A stretch of DNA of 63,118 bases, the filler included, from Octopus bimaculoides (lineage: Eukaryota): the NCBI RefSeq assembly GCF_001194135.2. It is 6 parts of 5 records of this genome, joined end to end, with 100 filler letters (N's around TTAATTAATTAA, not from the genome) between each part and the next. Parts side by side here need not be neighbours in the genome. Positions count along the whole stretch, not along the records: positions 1 to 27,669 come from NC_068999.1; positions 27,770 to 37,584 come from NC_068997.1; positions 37,685 to 44,744 come from NC_068984.1; 3 more parts are not named here. One strand, given 5' to 3'. A model generated the notes under the pieces. It saw only the letters and a program-made list of their open reading frames with translations, made no database searches and was not told the origin of the DNA. The translations under genes were made by a program, and so were the position numbers. Positions 27,639-39,086 of the stretch are shown piece by piece (within the stretch, counting starts at the first letter, position 1; each line of letters begins with the position of its first letter).

Positions 27639-27669
27639 CATCATCATCGTCGACGTCGTCGTCATCATC
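27364..27669. repeat. (CAT)n array containing a 21-bp higher-order unit (catcatcgtcgacttcgtcgt, three copies)
   Basis: Direct reading; source of the poly-His ORF. Confidence 0.95.
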
Positions 27670-27769
27670 NNNNNNNNNNNNNNNNNNNNNNNNNNNNNNN
27701 NNNNNNNNNNNNNTTAATTAATTAANNNNNNNNNNNNNNNNNNNNNNNNNNNNNNNNNNNNNNNNNNNN
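27670..27769. other. Artificial 100-bp assembly spacer (44 N + TTAATTAATTAA + 44 N)
   Basis: The same 44/12/44 structure occurs at 37585-37684, 44745-44844, 49071-49170 and 60191-60290. The 12-mer is palindromic with TAA stops in all six frames. Confidence 0.95.
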
Positions 27770-27849
27770 TATATATATCTGTCTATCTGTCTGTGTGTCT
27801 GTCTGCATCTTTTGTGTCTCTTTTGCTACACACAAAAACATATATACAA

Positions 27850-27882
<33 letters not shown>

Positions 27883-28948
27883 CATACATATATACAAGCA
27901 TGCATACATAGACACAATCATACATACATACACACACACGCACCCTCATACACACACACGCACACTCATACACACACACGCACACTCATACACACACACA
28001 CACACACATTGACGCGCTCATACACAAATACGCATGCGTTTTACATAGAAGTTGATGAAAACTATCAATCTTGTTACTCGCTGCCTGTATAATCCGGAAC
28101 TTTAGCATTTCCTCAATGAGTTTTTGAATCACATGGTTAAGTACATGTCAGACTTCTAAGTCGTCTTCAGCTATTTTGCTCCCAAATTTGCCATTTTTTT
28201 TCACCAATTCTCCAATTTGTTGTCATACATAGATAAAAATTTTTTAAAAAGGAGCTTTTTACTTTCGTTTCAGTTACGACTAATGACATATGACATATGC
28301 AGAGAATATTTGAATAGCCCATCGTCTTCATTTAAGACCCTTTTCCCCAAAAAAACATTTTCATATATATTCAAACAATCTACATTATAATGTCACAGGT
28401 TTAATTCGTGGGCCGGGTAGCGCATTATATCCTTGAGCAAGAAATTTCATTTGACTTCGTGTTACTACTCGGCTGTAAATGAGTAACAGCCGAGTGCTTG
28501 GGTAGCTTTAGTCGCTTTCTCTCTCTCTCCCTCTGTCTTCTCTCTCTCTTTTCCTCTCTCCGGCTGTGACATCCTGGATGTGTCACCAGAGGAGTAGAGG
28601 AGTTGGAGCGTCGCGGGAGTGGGAGTCCAAGCCGCCCCATGCTCATATGGGTCCGGCGCTTTTGGATCTGTCGTGTAAGCCCATTTAGTCTGTTCTGACC
28701 CTAGGAGCGAGTGGCAAACTCAGAGCCTACCCCGGATTGCGCATACTCTAGCTACACCACTAAGTTAAGTGGTACGAGAGTCATGAGTGTATTTATGTCT
28801 GCTTTCGATTACACAGGCACCTAAAACAATAAGCGAAAGCGTGGTACATGTTACTATTACCCAGTCCTATTCGTGTGCAAGTGACAGCTGGCTCTTCAAA
28901 TATCTTTTATGCGCAATATTGATGATTGAACTTGGATCTACAGGGAAG

Positions 28949-29362
28949 GCCGCGACCTGGTAGGATAGCTAGCACGCCAGGCAAAATGCTTTGCAGCATT
29001 CCGTCCGCCTTTACGTTTTGGGGTCGATAAAATAAGTACTAGTTGAGCCCTGGGGTCGAGATAATCGACTTGCCACCTCCCCACAAAATTGCTGGTCTTG
29101 TGCAAAAATCTGAAACCAATATTAATCATTGGACATAGGGCGGCGAGTTGGCTGAATCGTTAAGCACGCCAGGCAAAATGCTTAGTGGCGTTTAATTCAT
29201 CTTTACGTTCTGAGTTCAAATCCCACCGAGGTCGACTTTGCTTTTCATACTTTCAGGGTCGGTAAAATAAATACCAGTTGAGCACAGGGCTCGATATAAT
29301 CGAATTCTCCCCCACTCCAACCCCATCGAAATTGCTGGTCTTGTGCCAAAATTTGAAACCGA
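28949..29362 (+). mobile_element. Two tandem SINE family B copies (28949-29125 internally deleted; 29137-29362 full)
   Basis: Both contain agcacgccaggcaaaatgctt heads, ggggtcgataaaataagtac cores and aaattgctggtcttgtgc..aaa(a)t.tgaaacc tails. Confidence 0.88.
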
Positions 29363-29481
29363 TCTACGGGAACAACTACAGTTAAATCTGTAGAACAGAG
29401 CAAAAACTAATAGAACTAATAGATAGATTTAATCTTTATTTTTAAAATTTAAAAATTTTTTGTTAGTATTAAACAGTATAA

Positions 29482-29666
29482 CAGTGGTTTTCAATCTTTT
29501 AAATATTCGGACTAGGTCCAAAACCTAGATTTGATTGGGGTGGGAGCCTCACCAAATCTGTATTAAACACAATTTATAATATTTATAGAGGGAAGACCGT
29601 CAAGAGCCGCTGGGAGGATGCTTGAAGGCCGCATGAGGCCCTGCGTGTCGCGGTTGAGACCCGCTG
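29482..29666 (+). mobile_element. hAT-type MITE
   Basis: TIRs cagtggttttcaa / ttgagacccgctg. The 8-bp flanks match only partially (cagtataa vs gtgtaaaa). Confidence 0.6.
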
Positions 29667-29933
29667 GTGTAAAAACTGTGTCAGTCAACCCTGTTATCGC
29701 CATGACATTATTATAAAGCAGAGAAATATGTATTGTAACTGCCGCCTTGAAGTGCGAGTGCACTCATTTTTACATCAGCACAAACCAAGCAATTGTGTTG
29801 AAAATAATTATTTACTTTTTTGTTCGCTTGTTCGTTCGTTCGTTCGTTCGTTCGTTCGTTTGTTTTAGCAAGAATTAAATACTTTCATTTGCATTTAGAC
29901 AGTTGTACAGAATGCCCTGCATCTATGGAAGGT

Positions 29934-29969
<36 letters not shown>

Positions 29970-31414
29970 AAGGAAAGAAAGAGTGAGATAAGAGGGGAGG
30001 GTGAAGATCCATTATACAATAACAATATTCATGCGTATCTTTATAGAATCAATAAGCAATTCCCATCTACCTGCTTGCTCAATTCAGCCGTTAATATTTT
30101 TTCAGTAAAAATAGCTGGGTTCAATTTGCTGATATATATGTGTGTGTGTGTGTGTAGATATAGATATCCNNNNNNNNNNNNNNNNNNNNNNNNNNNNNNN
30201 NNNNNNNNNNNNNNNNNNNNNNNNNNNNNNNNNNNNNNNNNNNNNNNNNNNNNNNNNNNNNNNNNNNNNNNNNNNNNNNNNNNNNNNNNNNNNNNNNNNN
30301 NNNNNNNNNNNNNNNNNNNNNNNNNNNNNNNNNNNNNNNNNNNNNNNNNNNNNNNNNNNNNNNNNNNNNNNNNNNNNNNNNNNNNNNNNNNNNNNNNNNN
30401 NNNNNNNNNNNNNNNNNNNNNNNNNNNNNNNNNNNNNNNNNNNNNNNNNNNNNNNNNNNNNNNNNNNNNNNNNNNNNNNNNNNNNNNNNNNNNNNNNNNN
30501 NNNNNNNNNNNNNNNNNNNNNNNNNNNNNNNNNNNNNNNNNNNNNNNNNNNNNNNNNNNNNNNNNNNNNNNNNNNNNNNNNNNNNNNNNNNNNNNNNNNN
30601 NNNNNNNNNNNNNNNNNNNNNNNNNNNNNNNNNNNNNNNNNNNNNNNNNNNNNNNNNNNNNNNNNNNNNNNNNNNNNNNNNNNNNNNNNNNNNNNNNNNN
30701 NNNNNNNNNNNNNNNNNNNNNNNNNNNNNNNNNNNNNNNNNNNNNNNNNNNNNNNNNNNNNNNNNNNNNNNNNNNNNNNNNNNNNNNNNNNNNNNNNNNN
30801 NNNNNNNNNNNNNNNNNNNNNNNNNNNNNNNNNNNNNNNNNNNNNNNNNNNNNNNNNNNNNNNNNNNNNNNNNNNNNNNNNNNNNNNNNNNNNNNNNNNN
30901 NNNNNNNNNNNATATATATATATATATATATAAAGGACGATAGCGCAACAACGGCAAACAGAACAAAACAAGATACACGGATCATTCGCAGCCAATTGCT
31001 TCTTCAGTCGGAGTCTGGAATGTCCACGTAGTTTCGCCCAATCCTCTCCGATACTACTCGAAACCAGTTGAGCCAAGGGTTTAAGCTGAAGGCATTAAGC
31101 CCCTGAGCAATGCAAACGAATGTACAAATACAAACACAAGGAAATAACAAACAGAAAGAGTCTTTCGACTATCGGACGAACGTAACATAAGATATAGAAT
31201 TATACATACACAATGGACAAAAGCCTTTCGGCTATACAACAAAAATAAAGCAAAACAAAGTCATTCGACTATCAGACAGTGCAGTAAGCTAGCGCAAGGA
31301 AATATATGTATATAAGCGAAGGTGGAGAGACAAACACAGACACTGACACAAATACATACATACATACATACATACATACATACATACATACATACACACA
31401 TACATATATGTATA

Positions 31415-31579
31415 TACGACAGGCTTCTTTCAGTTTCCGTCTACCAAATCTTCTCCTAAGGCCTTGATTGGCTCGAGACTACAGTAGAAGACACCTGACC
31501 AAGGTGTCACGCAGTGGAACTGAACCCGGAATATGTGGTTGGGAAGCAAGTTTCTTACCACACAGCCACGCCTGCGCCT
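31415..31579 (-). mobile_element. SINE family A
   Basis: Homologous to 141-306. Confidence 0.9.
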
Positions 31580-31963
31580 AATTGCCAGTATCTAACAGCG
31601 TGAAACCATTGTGTGCGGTATAGATTTAATCGCTGTACTTAGTCGTGTATAAGTTGGTTCTATTTTATGCTTAATTTCAATTCACAGAAACCAGGGTGCC
31701 ACTTATCCACGGAACAAAGCTAAAACTACGAAGGGATTTAACACTAAATTAGGGGACACACACACACACATTCGTTTTTTTGTTTTTTAGAATGGGGTAC
31801 ATGTTACTGTTACCATGTCATATTCGTTTACGGATTGCGGCCGGCTCTTTAAATATCTTTTATACGCACTGATATGACGAACGAACTTGGATCTACAGGG
31901 AAGTCGGCCACCTGGTAGAATCGTTAGCACGCCGGACAACATGCTTACCAGAACTTCTTCCAT

Positions 31964-32343
31964 TCTTTTACTTGTTTCAGTCATTTGACTGCGGTCATGC
32001 TGGAGCACCGCCTTTAGTCGAACAAATCGACCCCAGGACTTATTCTTTGTAAGCCTAATACTTATTGTCGGTTTTATTTGCCGAACCGCTAAGTTACGGG
32101 GACGTAAACAAACAAGCATCGGTTGTGAAGCTATGGATAGGGGAAACAGACACACATACACACAAATATACACACACATGCGACAGGCTTCTTTCAGTTT
32201 CCGTCTGCCAAATCCACTCACAAGGCTTTGGTCGACCTGAGGCTATAGCAGAAGACACTTACCCAAGGTGCCACGCAGTGGGACTAAACCAAGAACCATG
32301 TGGTTGGCAAGCAAGCTACTTACCACACAGCCACTCCTGCGCC
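31964..32343 (-). mobile_element. Complete composite SINE A + (CA) tract + C
   Basis: C module at ~31964-32145, cacacata tract, A module at 32181-32343, with no gap. Confidence 0.9.
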
Positions 32344-32962
32344 ATGTTTACTGTTATATTTCCCTCGGAAGACTCGCAGAGATAAACACAACGAGTTGTA
32401 CAATTTAATTATTACATTTATTATTCAATGACATACAAAGAACGCACTCACCCAATGTTCGTTATGAATAAACAAAAGTCATGTCCGCCATATATATCAA
32501 TGACATTTTACTACGACAGTCACACAAGACAACAACAATGAAACAATGAACTCAGACGAACCACAGTGACACACGGAACGTCAGACGAATAATATATCCA
32601 ACAGTCCATATAACATTTACGTTCCAAGTTCAATTCCGCCGTGATCGACTTTGCCTTTAATCATTCCGGGAATTGATAAATTTAGCAGCAGCTAAATCGA
32701 CTTACCTACAACGGCCCAAATTCCTGAACTTGTACCTATAGTAGAAAGGAAACAATCAGTAAAAATGTGGTGAAACAATCAGTAAAAATATGGCTGTGAC
32801 GTGTGCGTACACATATTCACATTTAAGGATAGATAAATATCTGTACACTCTTATATATGTGCGTGTGTATGTAATTAAATATGTATGTATATGTGTGTGT
32901 GTGTGTGTGTGTATTATATGCATATGTATACATATATATTAATCTGTATATTTAAATATACT

Positions 32963-33006
<44 letters not shown>

Positions 33007-33360
33007 CACACATATATATATATACGCACGCATACATTCATTCACACACCCTTGCACATTCTAAGTGTGCACGTAATGTATGCATGAATATATTTTGTGT
33101 TTGTGTGTGTATATAAATAATTTGAATTCTAGGTTTCCTTACATTATATAAAACAATTATATTTACAAACAATTTTGTAAATATAACTACATAGAAATGC
33201 GAATCGAAGATAAGAGCTTCCAAGTGGTTTCTAGGTCCAGAAGAAATAGCAACCAAATAATCTTCTTTGAATCAAAACTTCTTACAAAAAGGAAGGATAA
33301 TGTAATTCAATATACACAAGAACGACGTGATCGCTATAAGCTAAAATCTCTCTCTATTTA

Positions 33361-33394
<34 letters not shown>

Positions 33395-34822
33395 ATACAC
33401 ACACACATATACACACACACGCACACAACTCGCACGCACGCGCATATGCACTTCCTTTTACTGACATATTTCACACTCAGTGAAAATCCAGCTTATGTTT
33501 GTTACTATATGCATTTACGTGATCAGTTACACGCGTGTTAACACATAGTTTCAGAAGAGGAAATGGAAGCATAACAGAAAAATCAATGAGATATCAGCTT
33601 CTTATCTGATTGGTATAGTTCTCATATTGATCGTTTTCTAATTTTCCTTTTATCAATGTATATGATAGTTATATTTATCGGCTTTTAATGGTTATAGATT
33701 TGTTTGTTTGTTTGGAAGTTTCTTTCCTCATATAAAAATAGAAAATTAGGGCAGTGAGATGAAAGCTTGCGTAGCTAAGTGGTTAGGGTAATCTTCTCTT
33801 AGCCATAAAATCCCGAGTTCGATTCCTGGGAGAAAGTAGGGCGGGACTTTGTATGTCCTTGAACAAGGCCTTTTGTATCAAGATACTTCGATCTACAACG
33901 GCTGCATTGAGTACAAGACGGATACTGATGCTGTCTGTCTGTCTGTCTCTGCCTTTGTCTCTCCTTTCCAGCTGTCACATTTGGATGCGGTTCCTAGGTC
34001 AAGAATGGGTTGGTGGATTGAAAGGGTATCTATGTCACTATATCTATTCGAAACAATAAAGGATGACTAAAACAATTCGGAAAAACATGATACGTATATG
34101 CGAGTCATACTCGCGAGTGACAGCTGGCTGCTTTTGTACGTATACCGGGAAGGGGAAATGACCAAATTTGATAAATAACTAAAGTAGCGTTGTGGTCTAA
34201 ATTCAGGTCCTGTAGAGTAATGTCTTGAGAAGAATTGACTACAATACTGGTTCGTTTCAATTTGGCATGGACAGCCTTTTTTTCCGAGAAGCGGGCCGCG
34301 TGAGACATGGATCATTATCGGGCGGTCACACTACTTACAAACTTCCAGGGTAAATTTTCGTAGTTGTACCTTTCAGAAAGTACCCTGGTCTTGAAGAATC
34401 ATTAATATTGCAGTATATATATTTATATAAAGGTGTGGTAGATAAGATTCGCTGTGGTAGATAACTTCTATGTTTATATCTTGCCGTACACGTATTTTTT
34501 ATCGTTTATTTTTCATTTGTAACCGACGGAGTACCAGTTAGACATAAAAACATCGTGCAGTTTATTAAAACTATTAATCCTTTGAATAACTTTAGAGGTG
34601 TTCACATTGTTGCAAGTATTTATTCCAAGTCTACGCGGCCTGTGAATAATCGGCCATCTTAAAGTATTTCTTTCTACGGCAACAACACCCTTTACTATAG
34701 GATGTTGGCACAGCCAGGCATGAGCAGTGGCGTAGCCAAGTTCTGAGGAGCGATCACTTAAAAAAAGGCGACGTGACAAACACCAAACAATCCTTAACTC
34801 ATTGATTATACATTTTATAAAA

Positions 34823-35128
34823 TGGCAGGGTGGTTAGAGCGTCGGGCTCACAATCATGAGGTAGTGAGTTCGATTCTCAGACCGGGTTGTGTGATGTGTT
34901 ATTGAGCAAGGCACTTTATTTCACGTTGCTCCAGTTCACTCAGCCGTAAAAATGAGTTGCGACATCACTGGTGCCAAGCTGTGTCAGCCTTTACTTTGGA
35001 TAACATCGGTGGCGTGCATGGGCGACTGCTGGTCTTCCATAAACAACCTTGTCCGAACTTGTGCCTCGGAGTGTAACTTTCTAGGTACAATCCCATGGTC
35101 ATTCATGACCGAAGGGGTCTTTTACCCT
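34823..35128 (+). mobile_element. tRNA-derived SINE: CORE-like middle plus a third tail type
   Basis: tggttagagcgtcgggctcacaatcatgaggtagtgagttcgattctc head; ttgagcaaggcactttatttcacgttgctccagttcactcagc middle; tail ending catggtcattcatgaccgaaggggtcttttaccc. Confidence 0.85.
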
Positions 35129-36243
35129 TATTTTACACGTCGGTATTTTAATCAAAAATTGTTGTATGTGCATATATTAATGACAAAAATATTTAATTTA
35201 TAAGGTAATAATATTTTATGCAAACCAAAATGCGTCGTTTTTATGGCTTTTGCGCCAGAAAAATTCTTATAGACAAGTTCGAAACGGAGGGTATGATATC
35301 CCAAGCGTGGAGTAATATATCTCCCCTTTCCCTCTTATATACGAAGATTTACCGAGATTGCCGGATTCCGTTTTTACTTCCGCTTTCACTTTGTGATCAT
35401 AAAACGAAAGAATACCCTTTTTCCTATGCTAAAAAGAAAACAAGTAAACTTTCTATTTTAAATAATTTAGGCACTTTCAATACACTCCATTGAACCATGA
35501 ACAAAATGTCGATCACAACTGAAACATTTTAAAACGTCCATTATTCATTTATTTATTTTTATTTTATTTATATTCTATTTATTGCTGTTCTAAATTTACC
35601 TTCCAAAATTCTCCTGCGGATAATGTTAAAGATTATTTATCAAAACGACCAACTTGGAAAATCAAGTAGAGCTAACTACTTATATCAAATGTATTTTTTT
35701 ATATGACGTTTTTATTATTGCTGTTGTGTTTATGGTCTCCACTGTATGTGTGTGCGCACGTCTGTGGGTGTGTGTGTATATCTTTAAATGTTTATCATTT
35801 TTAGCGATTTTTATTTTGCTCTCTCCACCTCAATTCCTTCACCACCATTACCCTCTTTCATTCCTACTTTCTTTCTTCCTTCCTCCCTCTCCCTCTCTTC
35901 CTGACTCCTTTCTCCCTTACCCCCTCTCACCCTTCTTTCCCTCCCACCCTCTCTCTCTCTGTATTCTCATTGTCCCATTCACAATGATCTGTGACGGGTC
36001 TGCCAATACTTTTCACATTTCAATTCCAGACAACGATTATTTTTTTTATCTCTTTTCCTAGAGATCAACCACTCAAGTCCCATCTTTAACGCCTTTCTCC
36101 TTTTCCTCTTACAACCGCTTCGTTTACACGCCTAGGTATTTCGCAGAATATCGATCAATGTATTTGACAACTAAACACTACTCAATACCCAACCTCCAAT
36201 TCACCACAAACATTTATAAAACCTGACTTACATAATTTTACTT

Positions 36244-36294
36244 GCTCTCTGATGAATTCACTATCGAAAGAAACATGGCTAGTCTTGTAAGTGC
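36244..36294 (+). ncRNA. Degenerate type I hammerhead ribozyme candidate
   Basis: gctct-CTGATGA-attc actatc gaaa-GAAAC-a...t-GTA-agtgc. The core is canonical, helix I has 4/5 bp, helix III is ACA/TGT, and the helix II closing pair is mismatched. Confidence 0.5.
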
Positions 36295-36404
36295 TATCAT
36301 CTATATGAGTGGTTCTCAACAATTTTTTGCCTATGGGACCCCTTTGATTCGTATTTCACTCTCCTGGACCTCCAGTCATTCAATGTAGATAAAACGGATC
36401 CTAT

Positions 36405-36655
36405 TCTTTTTTTTTTTTTTACTTGTTTCAGTCATTTGACTACAGCCATGCTGGAGCACCGCCTTAAAGGGTTTTTTTAATCGAAGAAATCGACCCCAGG
36501 ATTTATGCTTTGTAAGCCTAGCACTTATTCTATCGGTCTCTTTTGCCGAACCGCTAAGTTACGGGGACGTAAACACACCAACACCGGATGTCAAGTGATG
36601 ATGGGGGTGGGGGACAAACATAGACGCGAAGACATACACACAAAGATACACACAC
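36405..36655 (-). mobile_element. Module C of the composite SINE (A head presumably in the adjacent gap)
   Basis: acttgtttcagtcatttgactacagccatgctggagcaccgcc...ttttgccgaaccgctaagttacggggacgtaaacacacc. Confidence 0.85.
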
Positions 36656-37237
36656 NNNNNNNNNNNNNNNNNNNNNNNNNNNNNNNNNNNNNNNNNNNNN
36701 NNNNNNNNNNNNNNNNNNNNNNNNNNNNNNNNNNNNNNNNNNNNNNNNNNNNNNNNNNNNNNNNNNNNNNNNNNNNNNNNNNNNNNNNNNNNNNNNNNNN
36801 NNNNNNNNNNNNNNNNNNNNNNNNNNNNNNNNNNNNNNNNNNNNNNNNNNNNNNNNNNNNNNNNNNNNNNNNNNNNNNNNNNNNNNNNNNNNNNNNNNNN
36901 NNNNNNNNNNNNNNNNNNNNNNNNNNNNNNNNNNNNNNNNNNNNNNNNNNNNNNNNNNNNNNNNNNNNNNNNNNNNNNNNNNNNNNNNNNNNNNNNNNNN
37001 NNNNNNNNNNNNNNNNNNNNNNNNNNNNNNNNNNNNNNNNNNNNNNNNNNNNNNNNNNNNNNNNNNNNNNNNNNNNNNNNNNNNNNNNNNNNNNNNNNNN
37101 NNNNNNNNNNNNNNNNNNNNNNNNNNNNNNNNNNNNNNNNNNNNNNNNNNNNNNNNNNNNNNNNNNNNNNNNNNNNNNNNNNNNNNNNNNNNNNNNNNNN
37201 NNNNNNNNNNNNNNNNNNNNNNNATACACACATGCAC

Positions 37238-37447
37238 ATATGCATATATGGGTACAGGACATCATCAACAGTAAACAACATGAAATACGAAAGCAAATGA
37301 GTTCAATACGCAAACAACGAAACAAATGGAAAACAGGACAAGTAACATAAAGAACGACCCTTCATCAGTTGTCGGCTGTCTATCTACTCTTCGAGGAGTA
37401 ATTCATGTTGTTTACTTTTGGTGACGTCCTGTACCCATATATGCATA

Positions 37448-37448
<1 letters not shown>
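37238..37448. mobile_element. 211-bp element with 47-bp terminal inverted repeats (MITE-like or inverted Penelope pLTR)
   Basis: Arms at 37238-37284 and 37402-37448 with 3 mismatches. The minus strand contains CTGATGAAGG. Confidence 0.65.
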
Positions 37449-37481
<33 letters not shown>

Positions 37482-37915
37482 CATACATACATACATATAT
37501 ATATGTATGTATGTATTATTTATATTATTTGATTGAACGCCACGCATCCATTTCCAAGTAAGTTTGTATATAGATATACATACANNNNNNNNNNNNNNNN
37601 NNNNNNNNNNNNNNNNNNNNNNNNNNNNTTAATTAATTAANNNNNNNNNNNNNNNNNNNNNNNNNNNNNNNNNNNNNNNNNNNNGGGTGTGTGTAAAAGG
37701 GGGTTATTTTACCCTAAATTTATATAGCAATTTGAAAATGGAGGAGAATATGCGGTACCCATCGACTTGCAGACAATGTATTCCGTTGATTAATCTGTTT
37801 ATTTTATAACTAAATTGACAAAAAACACAATATACAGACACTTATGACAAACCATGTCATATTAACAATTAAGATTTCAAATATAAAGGACATTTCGCAA
37901 TTGAAGAAGGGACAG

Positions 37916-38050
37916 AAACTTACAGCTGTTTCGGCCTAGCGTTGGCATGCCCCATTCTATCTCTATAGCTCCTGTATGCCGGAGTAGTTAGTAGATGAAA
38001 ATGATGTAATGGGGGTACATGCATGATTCGCTAGGCCTCTTCGGAGATTT
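37916..38050 (-). ncRNA. Type I hammerhead ribozyme motif with long helix II
   Basis: Minus strand: aaatct-CCGAAGA-ggcctagcg-(87 nt)-cgctaggcc-GAAACAGCTGTA-agttt. Perfect 9-bp helix II, palindromic ACAGCTGT helix III, GUA triplet. Confidence 0.75.
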
Positions 38051-38992
38051 ACAAAATTCAATACAAATATAAAATAAGAATAAAATAAAAATAAAAAATT
38101 AAAAATGAGAATATAAAAATATAAGTCACATAAAAAATCCTACAAACAGTATATAAAACCATATAAATAGTTTATAAAAACTCCAATATACATGTCTATG
38201 CATGTATATATAACCATACGTAGATATATATATAGATACAAAAGCATAGATAGGTGAGTACATATGTGTGTCCAGATGCACATACACAGATGGCTGCACA
38301 TGCACACCAAAACAGTCAACAGTCACTGTCACCACATTTGAGGGGGACATACACATATATATCTATCCACTCACACATACGTACATATATATGTATACAT
38401 ATTTATGTATACATAAATGTTCCCATACATACATGATCCCTGGCATGAAAGTTATTCGTTGCGTTTGGAAAGTTGTTTATATGTTAGAATTTGTTGGGGC
38501 ATGCGTGTCAGTTCTGTATGTGGTGGAGGGATCTATGTGGAAATTATCTCTTGATGAATTGTTGATACGATAATAATGATAGTAATAATAATAATGATGA
38601 TGATGATGATGATGATGATAACGACAACAACAGCAATAATAATAATATGCCAACTTTTTGAACTTTGTGATGAGGTACTCCGTTATTTTTTCCTATAGAG
38701 AAGATAAAGTCCTTCTAGTAGTGGGTATTAAGAATTCTGCTGCTATTTGGGGAGGGGTAAATTTTACTTCTAATTCCTCTCAACTAATTGGACAACTGTT
38801 GTTTTAAACTATCTAGGTCAAGAGGGATAGGCGTGAATGCATACGTATACATACATATACACACACACACACACACACACACGTGCTTTATATATTTATA
38901 TATACACATATATATATATGTATATATACACTCATACACACATACGCACACATACCTTCATGCCTGTATCTTATCTATAAAATGCAGATTTT

Positions 38993-39086
<94 letters not shown>

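Noticed and set aside
27288-27725. Poly-His/Arg ORF
   Set aside because: It is a translation of a (CAT)n microsatellite running into an artificial linker.
27714-27725. TTAATTAATTAA as a homeodomain site or piggyBac TTAA footprint
   Set aside because: It is always centred in exactly 44+44 Ns, so it is an assembly linker.
28138-28175. Minus-strand CTGAAGA c gac ttagaa gtc tgacatgta (hammerhead-like, palindromic ACATGT)
   Set aside because: The GAAA core is damaged and helix I is only 2 bp. It may be a relic but cannot be supported without a family consensus.
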